This document shows positions 19,785 to 29,053 of a DNA stretch of 64,000 nt, one piece after another. The first letter of the stretch is position 1, and each line of letters begins with the position of its first letter. Source of the stretch: Candidatus Aenigmatarchaeota archaeon (GTDB taxonomy: Archaea > Aenigmatarchaeota > Aenigmatarchaeia > CG10238-14 > SpSt-28); contig JAWBAK010000001.1 of NCBI GenBank assembly GCA_038997165.1, forward strand, positions 128,001-192,000, given 5' to 3'. Below the pieces are notes generated by a model. It did no database searches. It saw only the letters and a list, made by a program, of their open reading frames with translations, and was not told the origin of the DNA. The position numbers and the translations under genes were made by a program.

Positions 19785-20192
19785 ATGATATTAGGTTATT
19801 CCATAACATATTTGAATGCAGAAAAATTTGAAATAAAGGAAAATATAAATAAGCTTGATATAAATACAAATTTAAATATAAAAAATATACAAGAAATGAA
19901 AGTTCAGCAAGAGAAAAAACAACAAAAAGTATTAAAAGTAGATTTCGAATTTTTGATTAATTATGAACCTAAAATTGGAGAAATTAGAATAGAAGGTTAT
20001 TTAATTTATTCTGGAAAAAATATTGAAGAAATATTAGAAAAATGGCAAAAGGATAAAAAAATTGAAAACAAAGAATTTGAAATAGAAGTAAAAAATTTTA
20101 TATTAAGAAGGGGTGTTATAATCTCGACATTTTTAAGTGAATACCTTGCTATTCATCCACCAATACCAATACCTCAAATTTTACCTAAATAA
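19785..20192 (+). CDS. Conserved hypothetical protein
   Basis: 135-aa ORF with FEFLINYEP and C-terminal PPIPIP. Confidence 0.7.
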   Translation: MILGYSITYLNAEKFEIKENINKLDINTNLNIKNIQEMKVQQEKKQQKVLKVDFEFLINYEPKIGEIRIEGYLIYSGKNIEEILEKWQKDKKIENKEFEIEVKNFILRRGVIISTFLSEYLAIHPPIPIPQILPK

Positions 20193-20196
20193 TTTA

Positions 20197-20661
20197 ATGT
20201 TAGAAGAGTTATTAAAAGATTTATCATATTTGGGTTTTTTTATAGCTGGTTTAATAAGCTCTTCAACAATTTTTTTCCCTATACCATTTTATTTTTTAAT
20301 AGTAATTTCGTCAAAATTGGGATTAAATCCTTATATAGCTGCATTATTTAGTGCGGCTGGAGCTACATTAGGAGAATTAACATCATACTTTGTTGGTCAA
20401 GGTATTTCTTCTTATGTATGGAATAAATTAAAAGAAAATAAAACATACAAAAAAATGATAAAATTATTTGAAAAATATGGAAGCTGGATATTAATAGTTT
20501 TTTCTTCTTCTCCTTTACCTTTTGATTTTATTGGAATCATGTGTGGATTTTTAAAATATGATTTAAAAAAATTTTTAATAATAACATTTATAGGTAAGTT
20601 ATTTAAAATGTTAATAATAGCTTATTTTGGAGAAATTGCATTACATTATATAGGATGGTAA
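20197..20661 (+). CDS. DedA/VTT (SNARE-associated) membrane protein
   Basis: GATLGELTSYFVG, PLPFDFIGIMCG, GKLFK; start moved to MLEELL at 20197. Confidence 0.88.
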   Translation: MLEELLKDLSYLGFFIAGLISSSTIFFPIPFYFLIVISSKLGLNPYIAALFSAAGATLGELTSYFVGQGISSYVWNKLKENKTYKKMIKLFEKYGSWILIVFSSSPLPFDFIGIMCGFLKYDLKKFLIITFIGKLFKMLIIAYFGEIALHYIGW

Positions 20662-21005
20662 AAGAAATAAAGCAAGTAATAGTTATTAGAACTGATTTAG
20701 AAATGGGAAAAGGAAAAATGATATCTCAAGCATGTCATGCAAGTTTAGAAGCTTATAAATTAGCTCCGCCATATTTTAAAAATAAATGGAAATTTTTTGG
20801 ATATAAAAAAGTGGTTTTAAAAGTTTCTAGTTTAGAAGAATTATTAAAAATATATGAAGAAGCAAAAAAAGAAAAAATACCTTGTGTATTAATAAAAGAT
20901 GCTGGAAAAACTCAATTAGAAAGTGGAACTATTACTTGCGTTGCACTTGGTCCATACTATTCAGAAAAAATTGATAAAATTACAAAAAATTTAAAATTAT
21001 TATGA
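20655..21005 (+). CDS. pth2: Peptidyl-tRNA hydrolase Pth2
   Basis: KQVIVIRTDLEMGKGK..SQACHA, DAGKTQ, GP...IDKIT. Confidence 0.96.
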   Translation: MVKEIKQVIVIRTDLEMGKGKMISQACHASLEAYKLAPPYFKNKWKFFGYKKVVLKVSSLEELLKIYEEAKKEKIPCVLIKDAGKTQLESGTITCVALGPYYSEKIDKITKNLKLL

Positions 21006-21118
21006 AAAGAAAAAAGAAAAGAATAGAAAAAGAAATCGAAGAATTTGCATTAAAAGAATTTTATAAATTTATTAAGAAGATAAGAAAAAATGAAAAAAAT
21101 TTAAAGTATATTGGCTAG
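21002..21118 (+). CDS. Putative 38-aa microprotein resembling the Cdc48 C-terminal tail
   Basis: [42 protein letters not shown] overlap with the pth2 stop; fills the gap exactly up to the cdc48 stop. Confidence 0.6.
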   Translation: MKRKKKRIEKEIEEFALKEFYKFIKKIRKNEKNLKYIG

Positions 21119-23403
21119 CCGATATATCTTTCCTTTCTCTTCTCTGTTTCCATTACTTTTCTTTTTAATCTTTCTTCGAACTTTTTATAAAATTCTATCA
21201 TTTCCTTAGAAATAGATGGTTTTACAATTTCTAATGCCTTTTCAAAATGAATTGCTTTGACTAACATTTTTTCTGGCTCTATCTTTTTTTCTATAGCTTC
21301 TCTTAAAGCTAAAATAGCAGCTTCTTTACATATTGCTTCTAAATCAGCTCCACTATAATTTTCTGTTTTTTCTGCAATTTTTTCTAAATCAACATCTTTA
21401 TCTAATGGCATGTTTCTTGTATGAATTTTAAGAATTTCTAATCTGCCTTTTGCATCTGGTGGGGGAACATAAATTAATCTATCAAATCTTCCTGGCCTTA
21501 ATAATGCTGGATCTAATATATCTGGCCTATTTGTAGCTGCAATAACTACTACATTTTTTAAATCTTTTATTCCACTCATTTCCGTTAATAATTGTGCAAC
21601 TACATTTTCTGTAACCCTCGTACCAACTTCTAATCCTCTCATAGGAGCAATAGCATCTATTTCGTCTATAAAAATAATGCTTGGAGCAACTTCTCTTGCT
21701 TTTCTAAATATCTCTCTTATTGCTCTTTCGCTTTCGCCAACCCACTTACTAAATATTTCTGGTCCTTTAATAGCAATAAAGTTTGCTCCGCTTTCGTTTG
21801 CAACTGCCTTAGCTAATAATGTTTTTCCTGTTCCTGGTGGACCATATAATAATACTCCTTTTGGAGGTTCTATACCTAATCTTTCAAAATGTTTTGGATA
21901 TTTTAATGGCCATTCAACTATTTCCCTTAATTTTTGTTTTACTTCTTCTAATCCACCAATATCTTCCCATTTAACTTTCGGAACTTCTACAAAAACTTCT
22001 CTCATTGCGCTTGGTTGAACAACTCTTAATGCATATTCAAAATCTTCCTTTTTAACGACCAATTTTTCTAGAACTTCTCTTGGAATTTCTCCTTCTTTAT
22101 AATTTTGAATTTCTGGTAAAACTCTTCTTAATGCATGCATAGCAGCTTCTTTGCATAAAGCAGCCAAATCTGCACCTACATAACCATGAGTAATTTCTGC
22201 AATTTTTTCTAAATCAACATCTTTATCTAATGGCATGTTTCTTGTATGAATTTTAAGAATTTCTAATCTACCTTTTGCATCTGGTGGAGGTACTTCTATT
22301 TCTCTATCAAATCTTCCAGGTCTTCTTAATGCTGGATCTAATGCATTTGGTCTATTAGTTGCTCCAATAACAATAACTTTTCCTCTACTTTTTAATCCAT
22401 CCATTAAAGCTAATAATTGAGCTACTATTCTCTTTTCAACTTCACCAACAACTTCTTCTCTTTTAGGAGCAACAGCATCTATTTCATCTATAAAAATAAT
22501 GCTTGGGGCATTTTTTTCTGCTTCTTCAAAAATATCTCTTAATCTTTTTTCGCTTTCTCCAAACCATTTACTCATTATTTCAGGACCATTAATAGAAATA
22601 AAATATGCTCCGCTTTCGTTTGCAACTGCCTTAGCTAATAATGTTTTTCCTGTTCCTGGTGGACCATATAATAATACTCCTTTTGGAGGTTCTATACCTA
22701 ATCTTTCAAAAATTTCTGGATGTCTTAGAGGTAATTCAACTATTTCTCTTAATTTTTGTTTTACTTCTTCTAAATCTCCAATATCTTCCCAAGTAATTCT
22801 TGGAATTCCTTTTTCTTCTATTTCTATAAATTTCGGTTTTTCTTTCAAAACTTCTATTACAGTTTCATCATCAATAACTACAATTCCAGAAGGTTCAGTA
22901 TTTACTACGTAAAAAGTTATTTGTGGAAATGGATTAAAGAAAAAGAAATCTTCTATATCTTCTCCAAAAATTGTAGATAAAAATTCGTCTCTTCTTCTAT
23001 GCACTGGAGAAGGAACTATTAAATCTCCCTTAATTACAGGCCTTTTTAAAAGGCTTTGCTTTAAATAAGAAATACTAGCTGTAAATATTTTTTCTTCAGC
23101 AGGAGCTAATATAACTTTTTTTGCAATTTTATATTCTGCTTTTCTAACTTTTACGTTTTCTCCAACAGAAACTCTAGCATTTCTTCTTGTAATTCCATCC
23201 ATTCTTATTATATTTAAACCTATATCTGCGGGATAAGCTCTTAAAGCAATTGCAGCTGTTTTTCTTTTTCCTTCTATTTCTACTATTTCCCCTTCTCTAA
23301 CTCCTATTTTTAATAAATTGTTTGAATCAATTCTAACAATTCCTTTATAGGATTCTTCTTTTGCAGTTAATTCTCCAACTCTTAATATAAGCTCTTCTGG
23401 CAT
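21115..23403 (-). CDS. cdc48: CDC48/VCP-family AAA+ ATPase
   Basis: N-domain plus two AAA modules ([31 protein letters not shown]); ends RYIG. Confidence 0.97.
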   Translation of the reverse strand: MPEELILRVGELTAKEESYKGIVRIDSNNLLKIGVREGEIVEIEGKRKTAAIALRAYPADIGLNIIRMDGITRRNARVSVGENVKVRKAEYKIAKKVILAPAEEKIFTASISYLKQSLLKRPVIKGDLIVPSPVHRRRDEFLSTIFGEDIEDFFFFNPFPQITFYVVNTEPSGIVVIDDETVIEVLKEKPKFIEIEEKGIPRITWEDIGDLEEVKQKLREIVELPLRHPEIFERLGIEPPKGVLLYGPPGTGKTLLAKAVANESGAYFISINGPEIMSKWFGESEKRLRDIFEEAEKNAPSIIFIDEIDAVAPKREEVVGEVEKRIVAQLLALMDGLKSRGKVIVIGATNRPNALDPALRRPGRFDREIEVPPPDAKGRLEILKIHTRNMPLDKDVDLEKIAEITHGYVGADLAALCKEAAMHALRRVLPEIQNYKEGEIPREVLEKLVVKKEDFEYALRVVQPSAMREVFVEVPKVKWEDIGGLEEVKQKLREIVEWPLKYPKHFERLGIEPPKGVLLYGPPGTGKTLLAKAVANESGANFIAIKGPEIFSKWVGESERAIREIFRKAREVAPSIIFIDEIDAIAPMRGLEVGTRVTENVVAQLLTEMSGIKDLKNVVVIAATNRPDILDPALLRPGRFDRLIYVPPPDAKGRLEILKIHTRNMPLDKDVDLEKIAEKTENYSGADLEAICKEAAILALREAIEKKIEPEKMLVKAIHFEKALEIVKPSISKEMIEFYKKFEERLKRKVMETEKRKERYIG
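21369..22711 (-). repeat. Intragenic direct repeats between cdc48 D1 and D2
   Basis: 21784-21889 is identical to 22606-22711 (106 bp); 21369-21462 matches 22194-22287 at 93/94. Confidence 0.9.
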
Positions 23404-23455
23404 AATATTTTAGAGTTTAAGTTTTTTATTTAATAATTAGTTGTATTTAATAACT

Positions 23456-24970
23456 TTAAACCTCAATATTTACACTTCTAATTCCAACTAACATATTTGG
23501 ACAAGCATCTATACAATAAATTTCTATTTTCTTAATTATTCCTTTTGGTAAATCTGTTAAATAAATTTCTTTTGATTCTCCAGAATTAAAATTTTTATCG
23601 AGAGTAATATTTCTAGTAATTATTTTTTCATCTTCATAGATTAATTTTATTAAATATCTTTTACCTAAATCGATACCTAAATTTATCATAGTTAGTTTTA
23701 TTATTGGTGAAGTTTCTTCGGTTTGTAGGGAAATTGTTGGTTCTGGATATGAATATTTTCTAACCAACGCTCTTCCAGGATAATTTAATGTTGAATAACC
23801 ATAGTTATTGTATAAATCTAAAATTTCTTCTTGAGTTAAAGCTCTGTTGTAAATTCTAACTTCATCTATTATGCCTTTAAACCAATAAAAAGTTGGAGAT
23901 GTGGGGTAAGAAGCACCAATAGTTATTCCTCTATCGTTCGTATAAATTGGTTGAGGAGTTATTGAAGCTACTTTTTTAGAATACCATTTAAATAAACATG
24001 ATAGGTTCCTGTTGAGCTGTCATAATCAACTACTATATGATTCCAAGCATCGTAGCTAATAGGAACTGAAGCTTCTATAAGAAACCAACTTGTTCCATTA
24101 CCTAAATACCATCTTATCGTTCCTTGAGAAATAGCAAGAAAGTATGTAAATGTTCGCCCAGTTATAATAACTTCAAAATTCCCAGTATTAATGCATTTAA
24201 CCCATGCTGAGATTGCTATCTTATCTGTTAATCGTAAAGTTGGTGAATCTGGAATTCCTACATAATCATCCACTCCATCAAAACTTAAAGCTTTATTAAA
24301 CGGAGAATCTACAAAAGTAGCTCCATAAATTGTTCCATTGTTATTATTTCCACTATAATCATAAACTATATTTCCACTACCTTCATCAAAAGGTAAATAT
24401 AGAACTAATCCATCAATTTCTCTAATAAATACATTTTTAACATTAGATAAAGAATTAGCATTTGGGTTTCCATAATACAAATAAATTATTTTATTTGAAT
24501 TACTAGGAATATTTGGTATTTTTACCCAAATTTTTGTATTTTCTGTATTGCAAGTATTTGGTTCTATCCAATAATTTAATAAAGTTATTCCATCACTATC
24601 TGTAAATCTAATATCTCCACAATCACTTCTCATTTTTCCTTGAGAAATTAAACTTGCAGTATCTAATGTTACTAAAATTTGATAATCAGTTAAATTATTT
24701 CCTGAATTTTCTTTAATTTTTATTGGAATTCTATATTTAAAATCTTTATAAGCATAGCTATCAATTCTTGCTTTTGAACACTCAACAATAGATTTTATTG
24801 TTGTTTCTTCTGTTTCAGAAGTTAATTTTGAAATATATCCACTAAAATATAAATAAAGAATAGCTCCAATTCCAATAGTTATAACAAGAATTATAATTGT
24901 TGCAATATATGCAGAAATTAATTTTTTAAAACTCGAGTTTTTATATATATATATTCACGTTTAGTTTCAT
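23456..24970 (-). pseudogene. Pilin-like protein with an inserted DUF2341-LamG module, interrupted at (AT)6 and at A_AAA_AAG
   Basis: The frame upstream of ORF 24633 reads KKLISAYIATIIILVITIGIGAILY (pilin-like). LamG continues in the -1 frame after 23971 (WFKGIIDEVRIYNRALTQEEI) into ORF 23767-23456. Confidence 0.8.
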
Positions 24971-25020
24971 GTAATTTAAATTTATTGAAATTCATAAAAA
25001 TAAAAATTTAAATAATTTAT

Positions 25021-26778
25021 TTATTTTGATAAGCTATTTACTAAAATATTGCCAATATCTTTTTCATATTCTTTAATTTTTTTTAAGACACCAAACAAAA
25101 AATTTTTAGCTTCATTTAAAACATTTTCCAAAGAATTTTTTCCCTCTATTATTTCATCCATTTTTCTTTCAAAATCTCTAGTTAATTCTTCGCTTAGAAT
25201 TTCTGGACAATATTTTAGAAATATTTCTACTACTGCTTTTCCTAAGTCTGTTATTTTCATTTTATCTCCAATTACATATTTTCTATCATAAAGAGTTTTT
25301 ACTATTTCTGCTCTTGTAGCTTTAGTTCCTAAATTTCTAGTTTCTAACTCCTTTATTAAACTTGCTCTTGTATATCTTGAAGGAGGTTTAGTTTTTTCTT
25401 TTAATAAATTTATTGATTTTATAGGAATTTCTTCATATAAATTCAAAGTTGGTAAAATATTTTCTTCTAATTTAATATAATTTTTATATATTTTTAGCCA
25501 ATTTTCTTTAACTGTTTGATGAAAAGTATTATGAAAAATAAAATTATCAACTTTTGCAATTATTTTAATACTTTTTCTTATTGCTGGTTTATGTAAACAA
25601 ACTAAAAATCTTTTAACAATTAAATCATATAACATAATTTCTGGTTTGCTTAATTCTTTGAAATCAGGAATTTCTTCTGTAGGTATTATTGCTGGATGTG
25701 CAGGATCATCTTTTTTTCCTTCAACAATTTCAATTTTATCAAAAGATAAAATTTCCCTAACAAAATAACTATAAAATGGAATTTTACTAATGGAATTTAA
25801 TATAGGAAAAATATTTATACCTTTTAATTTTTGAGAAGAAGATCTAGGATAAGAAATATATCCTTTTAAATATAAACTCTCTGCAATTTTTAAAGTATAT
25901 TCTGGCCTAAATCCAAAAACATAATAAGCTTCTTCTTGTAAATCTGTAGTGTTAAATGGTGGTAAAGGATTCAATTTATATTCTTCTTCTTTTATTTGAA
26001 CAATTTTTATTTTCTTGTTTTTTATTTTTTCAATAATTTCTTTTGCTTTATTAAAATCTTTAATTTTCTCTTCTATGTAAAACAAATAAAATTTTATTCC
26101 ATTTTTTTCAATTTCCAATTTTATTTTATAATAAATTTCTGGTTTAAAATTTTCAATTTCTTTTTCTCTTAAATAAACTAAATATAAAGCTGGGCCTTGA
26201 ACTCTACCTATTGATAAAATTCTTTTTTCGTTTGAAACTTTTCTTAAACTAATCATTAATGCTCTCGATAAATTAATCCCCCAATACCAATCTAAATAAT
26301 GTCTTGCTAATCCTGCATTTACTTGATTAATCTCAAATTCAATAAGATTACTAAAAGATTTTATTAATTCATTCTTTGTTAACGTACTAAATTTCATTCT
26401 TTTAATTTCTTTATTTAAACCTATTAAATATTTTATTATATTCCATGCAATTACATATCCTTCAATATCATAATCGGTTGCTACAATAACTTTATTTACA
26501 TCTTTTGCTAAATCTTTTATTAATTTTGCAAATTTTTCTGCTTTATTATCTACTATTTCCCAATCGGCATTGAAAATTGGATAATCAAAATTGTTTTCTT
26601 GGGGTTCTAATTTAAATAAATGACCTAAAGCAGATACAATATAGTAAATTTTATTATTATAATAAGAAACAAAATAAGGAATTTTATTGTTAACTATTTT
26701 TTTAGCTACTGGGAATAAACTATATGCAATTTTTTTCATAGCAGTAGGTTTTTCTGTTAAAATAATAATTTTTTCCAT
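25021..26778 (-). CDS. topA: DNA topoisomerase IA
   Basis: TEKP, SALGHL, ATDYDIEG, IGRVQ, GYISYPR, AHPAIIPT, LGTKATR. Confidence 0.95.
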   Translation of the reverse strand: MEKIIILTEKPTAMKKIAYSLFPVAKKIVNNKIPYFVSYYNNKIYYIVSALGHLFKLEPQENNFDYPIFNADWEIVDNKAEKFAKLIKDLAKDVNKVIVATDYDIEGYVIAWNIIKYLIGLNKEIKRMKFSTLTKNELIKSFSNLIEFEINQVNAGLARHYLDWYWGINLSRALMISLRKVSNEKRILSIGRVQGPALYLVYLREKEIENFKPEIYYKIKLEIEKNGIKFYLFYIEEKIKDFNKAKEIIEKIKNKKIKIVQIKEEEYKLNPLPPFNTTDLQEEAYYVFGFRPEYTLKIAESLYLKGYISYPRSSSQKLKGINIFPILNSISKIPFYSYFVREILSFDKIEIVEGKKDDPAHPAIIPTEEIPDFKELSKPEIMLYDLIVKRFLVCLHKPAIRKSIKIIAKVDNFIFHNTFHQTVKENWLKIYKNYIKLEENILPTLNLYEEIPIKSINLLKEKTKPPSRYTRASLIKELETRNLGTKATRAEIVKTLYDRKYVIGDKMKITDLGKAVVEIFLKYCPEILSEELTRDFERKMDEIIEGKNSLENVLNEAKNFLFGVLKKIKEYEKDIGNILVNSLSK

Positions 26779-26803
26779 ATTTTAAAATCGGATAAAATAT
26801 TTT

Positions 26804-28993
26804 ATGTATGTTATAGGAATTACTCCTGGTGCTTTTCAAATTGCTAGAGCTGCTGGTGCTGAAGTTGCAAGGGAATTTGCGGGAATAGAAGAAAAATTAA
26901 GATATGGATATACTGTTGGATGTAATTTCTTTCAAATAGATCAAGAAGTTTTTGGAGAATTTGTAGAACCAAATTTAATAAAAAGAATTTCTAGATTAAT
27001 TCAAGAAATGAATATTCAATGGGCATTACATGGATTATTAATTGGAGAAATTTATCAAACATTAGAACCAATAAATTATATTCTTTGGAAATTATCTCAT
27101 TTAGTTCTAAATAGAGATTTAATTTTTTTATACGAAATCTTGCAAGAAATAAAAAGGAGTAATTATTCAAAAGAAGTTTTTCCGCACTATACAATTTATC
27201 ATGCAAGTAGAGAATTAGTTGTTGGTTATGCCTTATTTAGAGAAAAAGAAATAATTTCAGAAATTTTAACTGCAACCCCAGAAGGTAATACAGATTGGGA
27301 TAGTTTCTTAGAAAAAAGAAAAAAATTAAAAGAATGGTTTCTAGAAAATTTATTTGAAATATTATTTAAAAGAGAAGTTTCTAGAAGATTTGCAGGTTTT
27401 ATTCCTTCTCCACTATCTCTTGCTCTAATTAATTCATTATATATTCCTTTTAAAGATAATAAAATATCTGAAGAAGACTTAAGAAAAATTTTAGAAAATA
27501 TAAAAGAAGATGTAAAAGAAATTAATATAGATAATATTGTTAATTCTTTTAATAATCTTAAAGGAATTGGAATTAAGTTAATTGATGAAAATATAATAAG
27601 AATTGAAGAAAAAGTTGGTAGTCCTTATTTAATTAATTTTTTAAGAGATATTTATCCAAAAATTAAAAAAATATTTGAAAAAGTAGAAAATTTTTTTAAG
27701 GAAAAAATTTTAGAAAACGAATTTAAAAAAGCAAAATTAGAAAGTTTGGAAAATTCTTATTTAACATATAAGCAACAGTATGAAAGAGGAATAGCAAAAG
27801 ATGCAATACTTTATGAAGATATTGTTATAGCGCTAGTATGCAAAGATGTTGAATTTGGATATTTAGATTCAAATTATGAATCCTTCTTATCAAAAAAAAC
27901 TTGTGAATTTTTAATTAAAAGATTATTAGATGGTAAAAAAATTGAAGAACATGTAAAAGAAACCTATAAAAAATTAGATGGTAAATTTGAAAAAGAATTA
28001 ATAGATATTGAAAGAGGAGAAATAAATTTAACTCCAGAATTAAATGTTTTAGCTTCAATTGTTTATTCAATTTCTCATTTTTTAGTTGGTATAGAAAATT
28101 TTCCTGAAATTTTGGATGAAACAAAAAGAAGAACTATTCATTTAAATGAAGAAGAAAGAAAAAAAATTGAAGAATTTGCAAAAAAAAGTCCATATGAAAA
28201 ATTGAAAATATTAATAGAGGAACTTAGAAAAATTGGAATAGATAGAGAAGAAGCCTTTTTTATTGCAATAGAAACTCCAGAAGCTTCTCCACCTTATGAA
28301 GGTTTAAGAAGAATATGTAGATTAAAAGATGTCTTTATTACAAGTGAGGCTTTGAACCTAGAATTTCAAATTAGATATAATACAAATGAAAAAGCCTTTG
28401 CTGCATGTATTGATACAGAACATCTATTATCCAATGCATTTAATATAAACAATGAGATAGAAGAACTAATTAAATATATTGAAAAATGGAAAAACGAAAT
28501 TTATTCAAGAATTGCAATATATCATATAGGAATTCCAAAACCATATTTTGGAACTACACACATTCCATTCGATATTGGAAGTGATGAGCAATATTTAATT
28601 TATGAATATTCGTTTAAACTAAAAAAAGCTGGATTTAACGATGAAAAGAAAAATAATTTAAAAAGATATAGTTATTTAATTTTTGAAAGAGGTGGTGGAC
28701 AACTGCCATTTCAATTTTTAAGAAGTGTAATATTAGCATTAAGAATAATTAAAAAATATTTAGAAATGAATATAGAACCAAACGAAATAGAAAAGAAAAA
28801 AGAATATTATTCTGAATTTTTTGGGTTTGATGAACAATTTATTAGAGAAAAAGAAATTATTTTTCAGCATGCACTAGAACCACTAAAAGGACTAATTGTT
28901 TGGCCAGAAGAAACACATACAATTTTAGGAAGAGAAGCAATAGAAAGATTTAGAAAAAGACCAGAAGAGTGGGCAGGAGAAGAATATAAATAA
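26804..28993 (+). CDS. Large hypothetical protein, probable xylose-isomerase/AP-endonuclease-2-like TIM barrel with a large insertion
   Basis: Ordered motifs ALHG, IYHAS, IAIETP, CIDTEH, IYHI, THIP, IFER. Confidence 0.55.
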   Translation: MYVIGITPGAFQIARAAGAEVAREFAGIEEKLRYGYTVGCNFFQIDQEVFGEFVEPNLIKRISRLIQEMNIQWALHGLLIGEIYQTLEPINYILWKLSHLVLNRDLIFLYEILQEIKRSNYSKEVFPHYTIYHASRELVVGYALFREKEIISEILTATPEGNTDWDSFLEKRKKLKEWFLENLFEILFKREVSRRFAGFIPSPLSLALINSLYIPFKDNKISEEDLRKILENIKEDVKEINIDNIVNSFNNLKGIGIKLIDENIIRIEEKVGSPYLINFLRDIYPKIKKIFEKVENFFKEKILENEFKKAKLESLENSYLTYKQQYERGIAKDAILYEDIVIALVCKDVEFGYLDSNYESFLSKKTCEFLIKRLLDGKKIEEHVKETYKKLDGKFEKELIDIERGEINLTPELNVLASIVYSISHFLVGIENFPEILDETKRRTIHLNEEERKKIEEFAKKSPYEKLKILIEELRKIGIDREEAFFIAIETPEASPPYEGLRRICRLKDVFITSEALNLEFQIRYNTNEKAFAACIDTEHLLSNAFNINNEIEELIKYIEKWKNEIYSRIAIYHIGIPKPYFGTTHIPFDIGSDEQYLIYEYSFKLKKAGFNDEKKNNLKRYSYLIFERGGGQLPFQFLRSVILALRIIKKYLEMNIEPNEIEKKKEYYSEFFGFDEQFIREKEIIFQHALEPLKGLIVWPEETHTILGREAIERFRKRPEEWAGEEYK

Positions 28994-29017
28994 TAGTTAA
29001 CATAATTATTACTACCA

Positions 29018-29031
29018 AAAAGTATTTATAT
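29018..29031 (+). promoter_or_regulatory. BRE-TATA promoter (AAAAGTATTTATAT)
   Basis: TTTATA 29 nt upstream of ATG 29054; identical 14-mer at 32615-32628. Confidence 0.55.
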
Positions 29032-29053
29032 ATATTCTATAAAATTTATTTTT

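Noticed and set aside
21677..22912. Antisense ORFs 21677-22018 and 22499-22912 that resemble each other
   Set aside because: They are shadows of the cdc48 D1/D2 repeats on the opposite strand.
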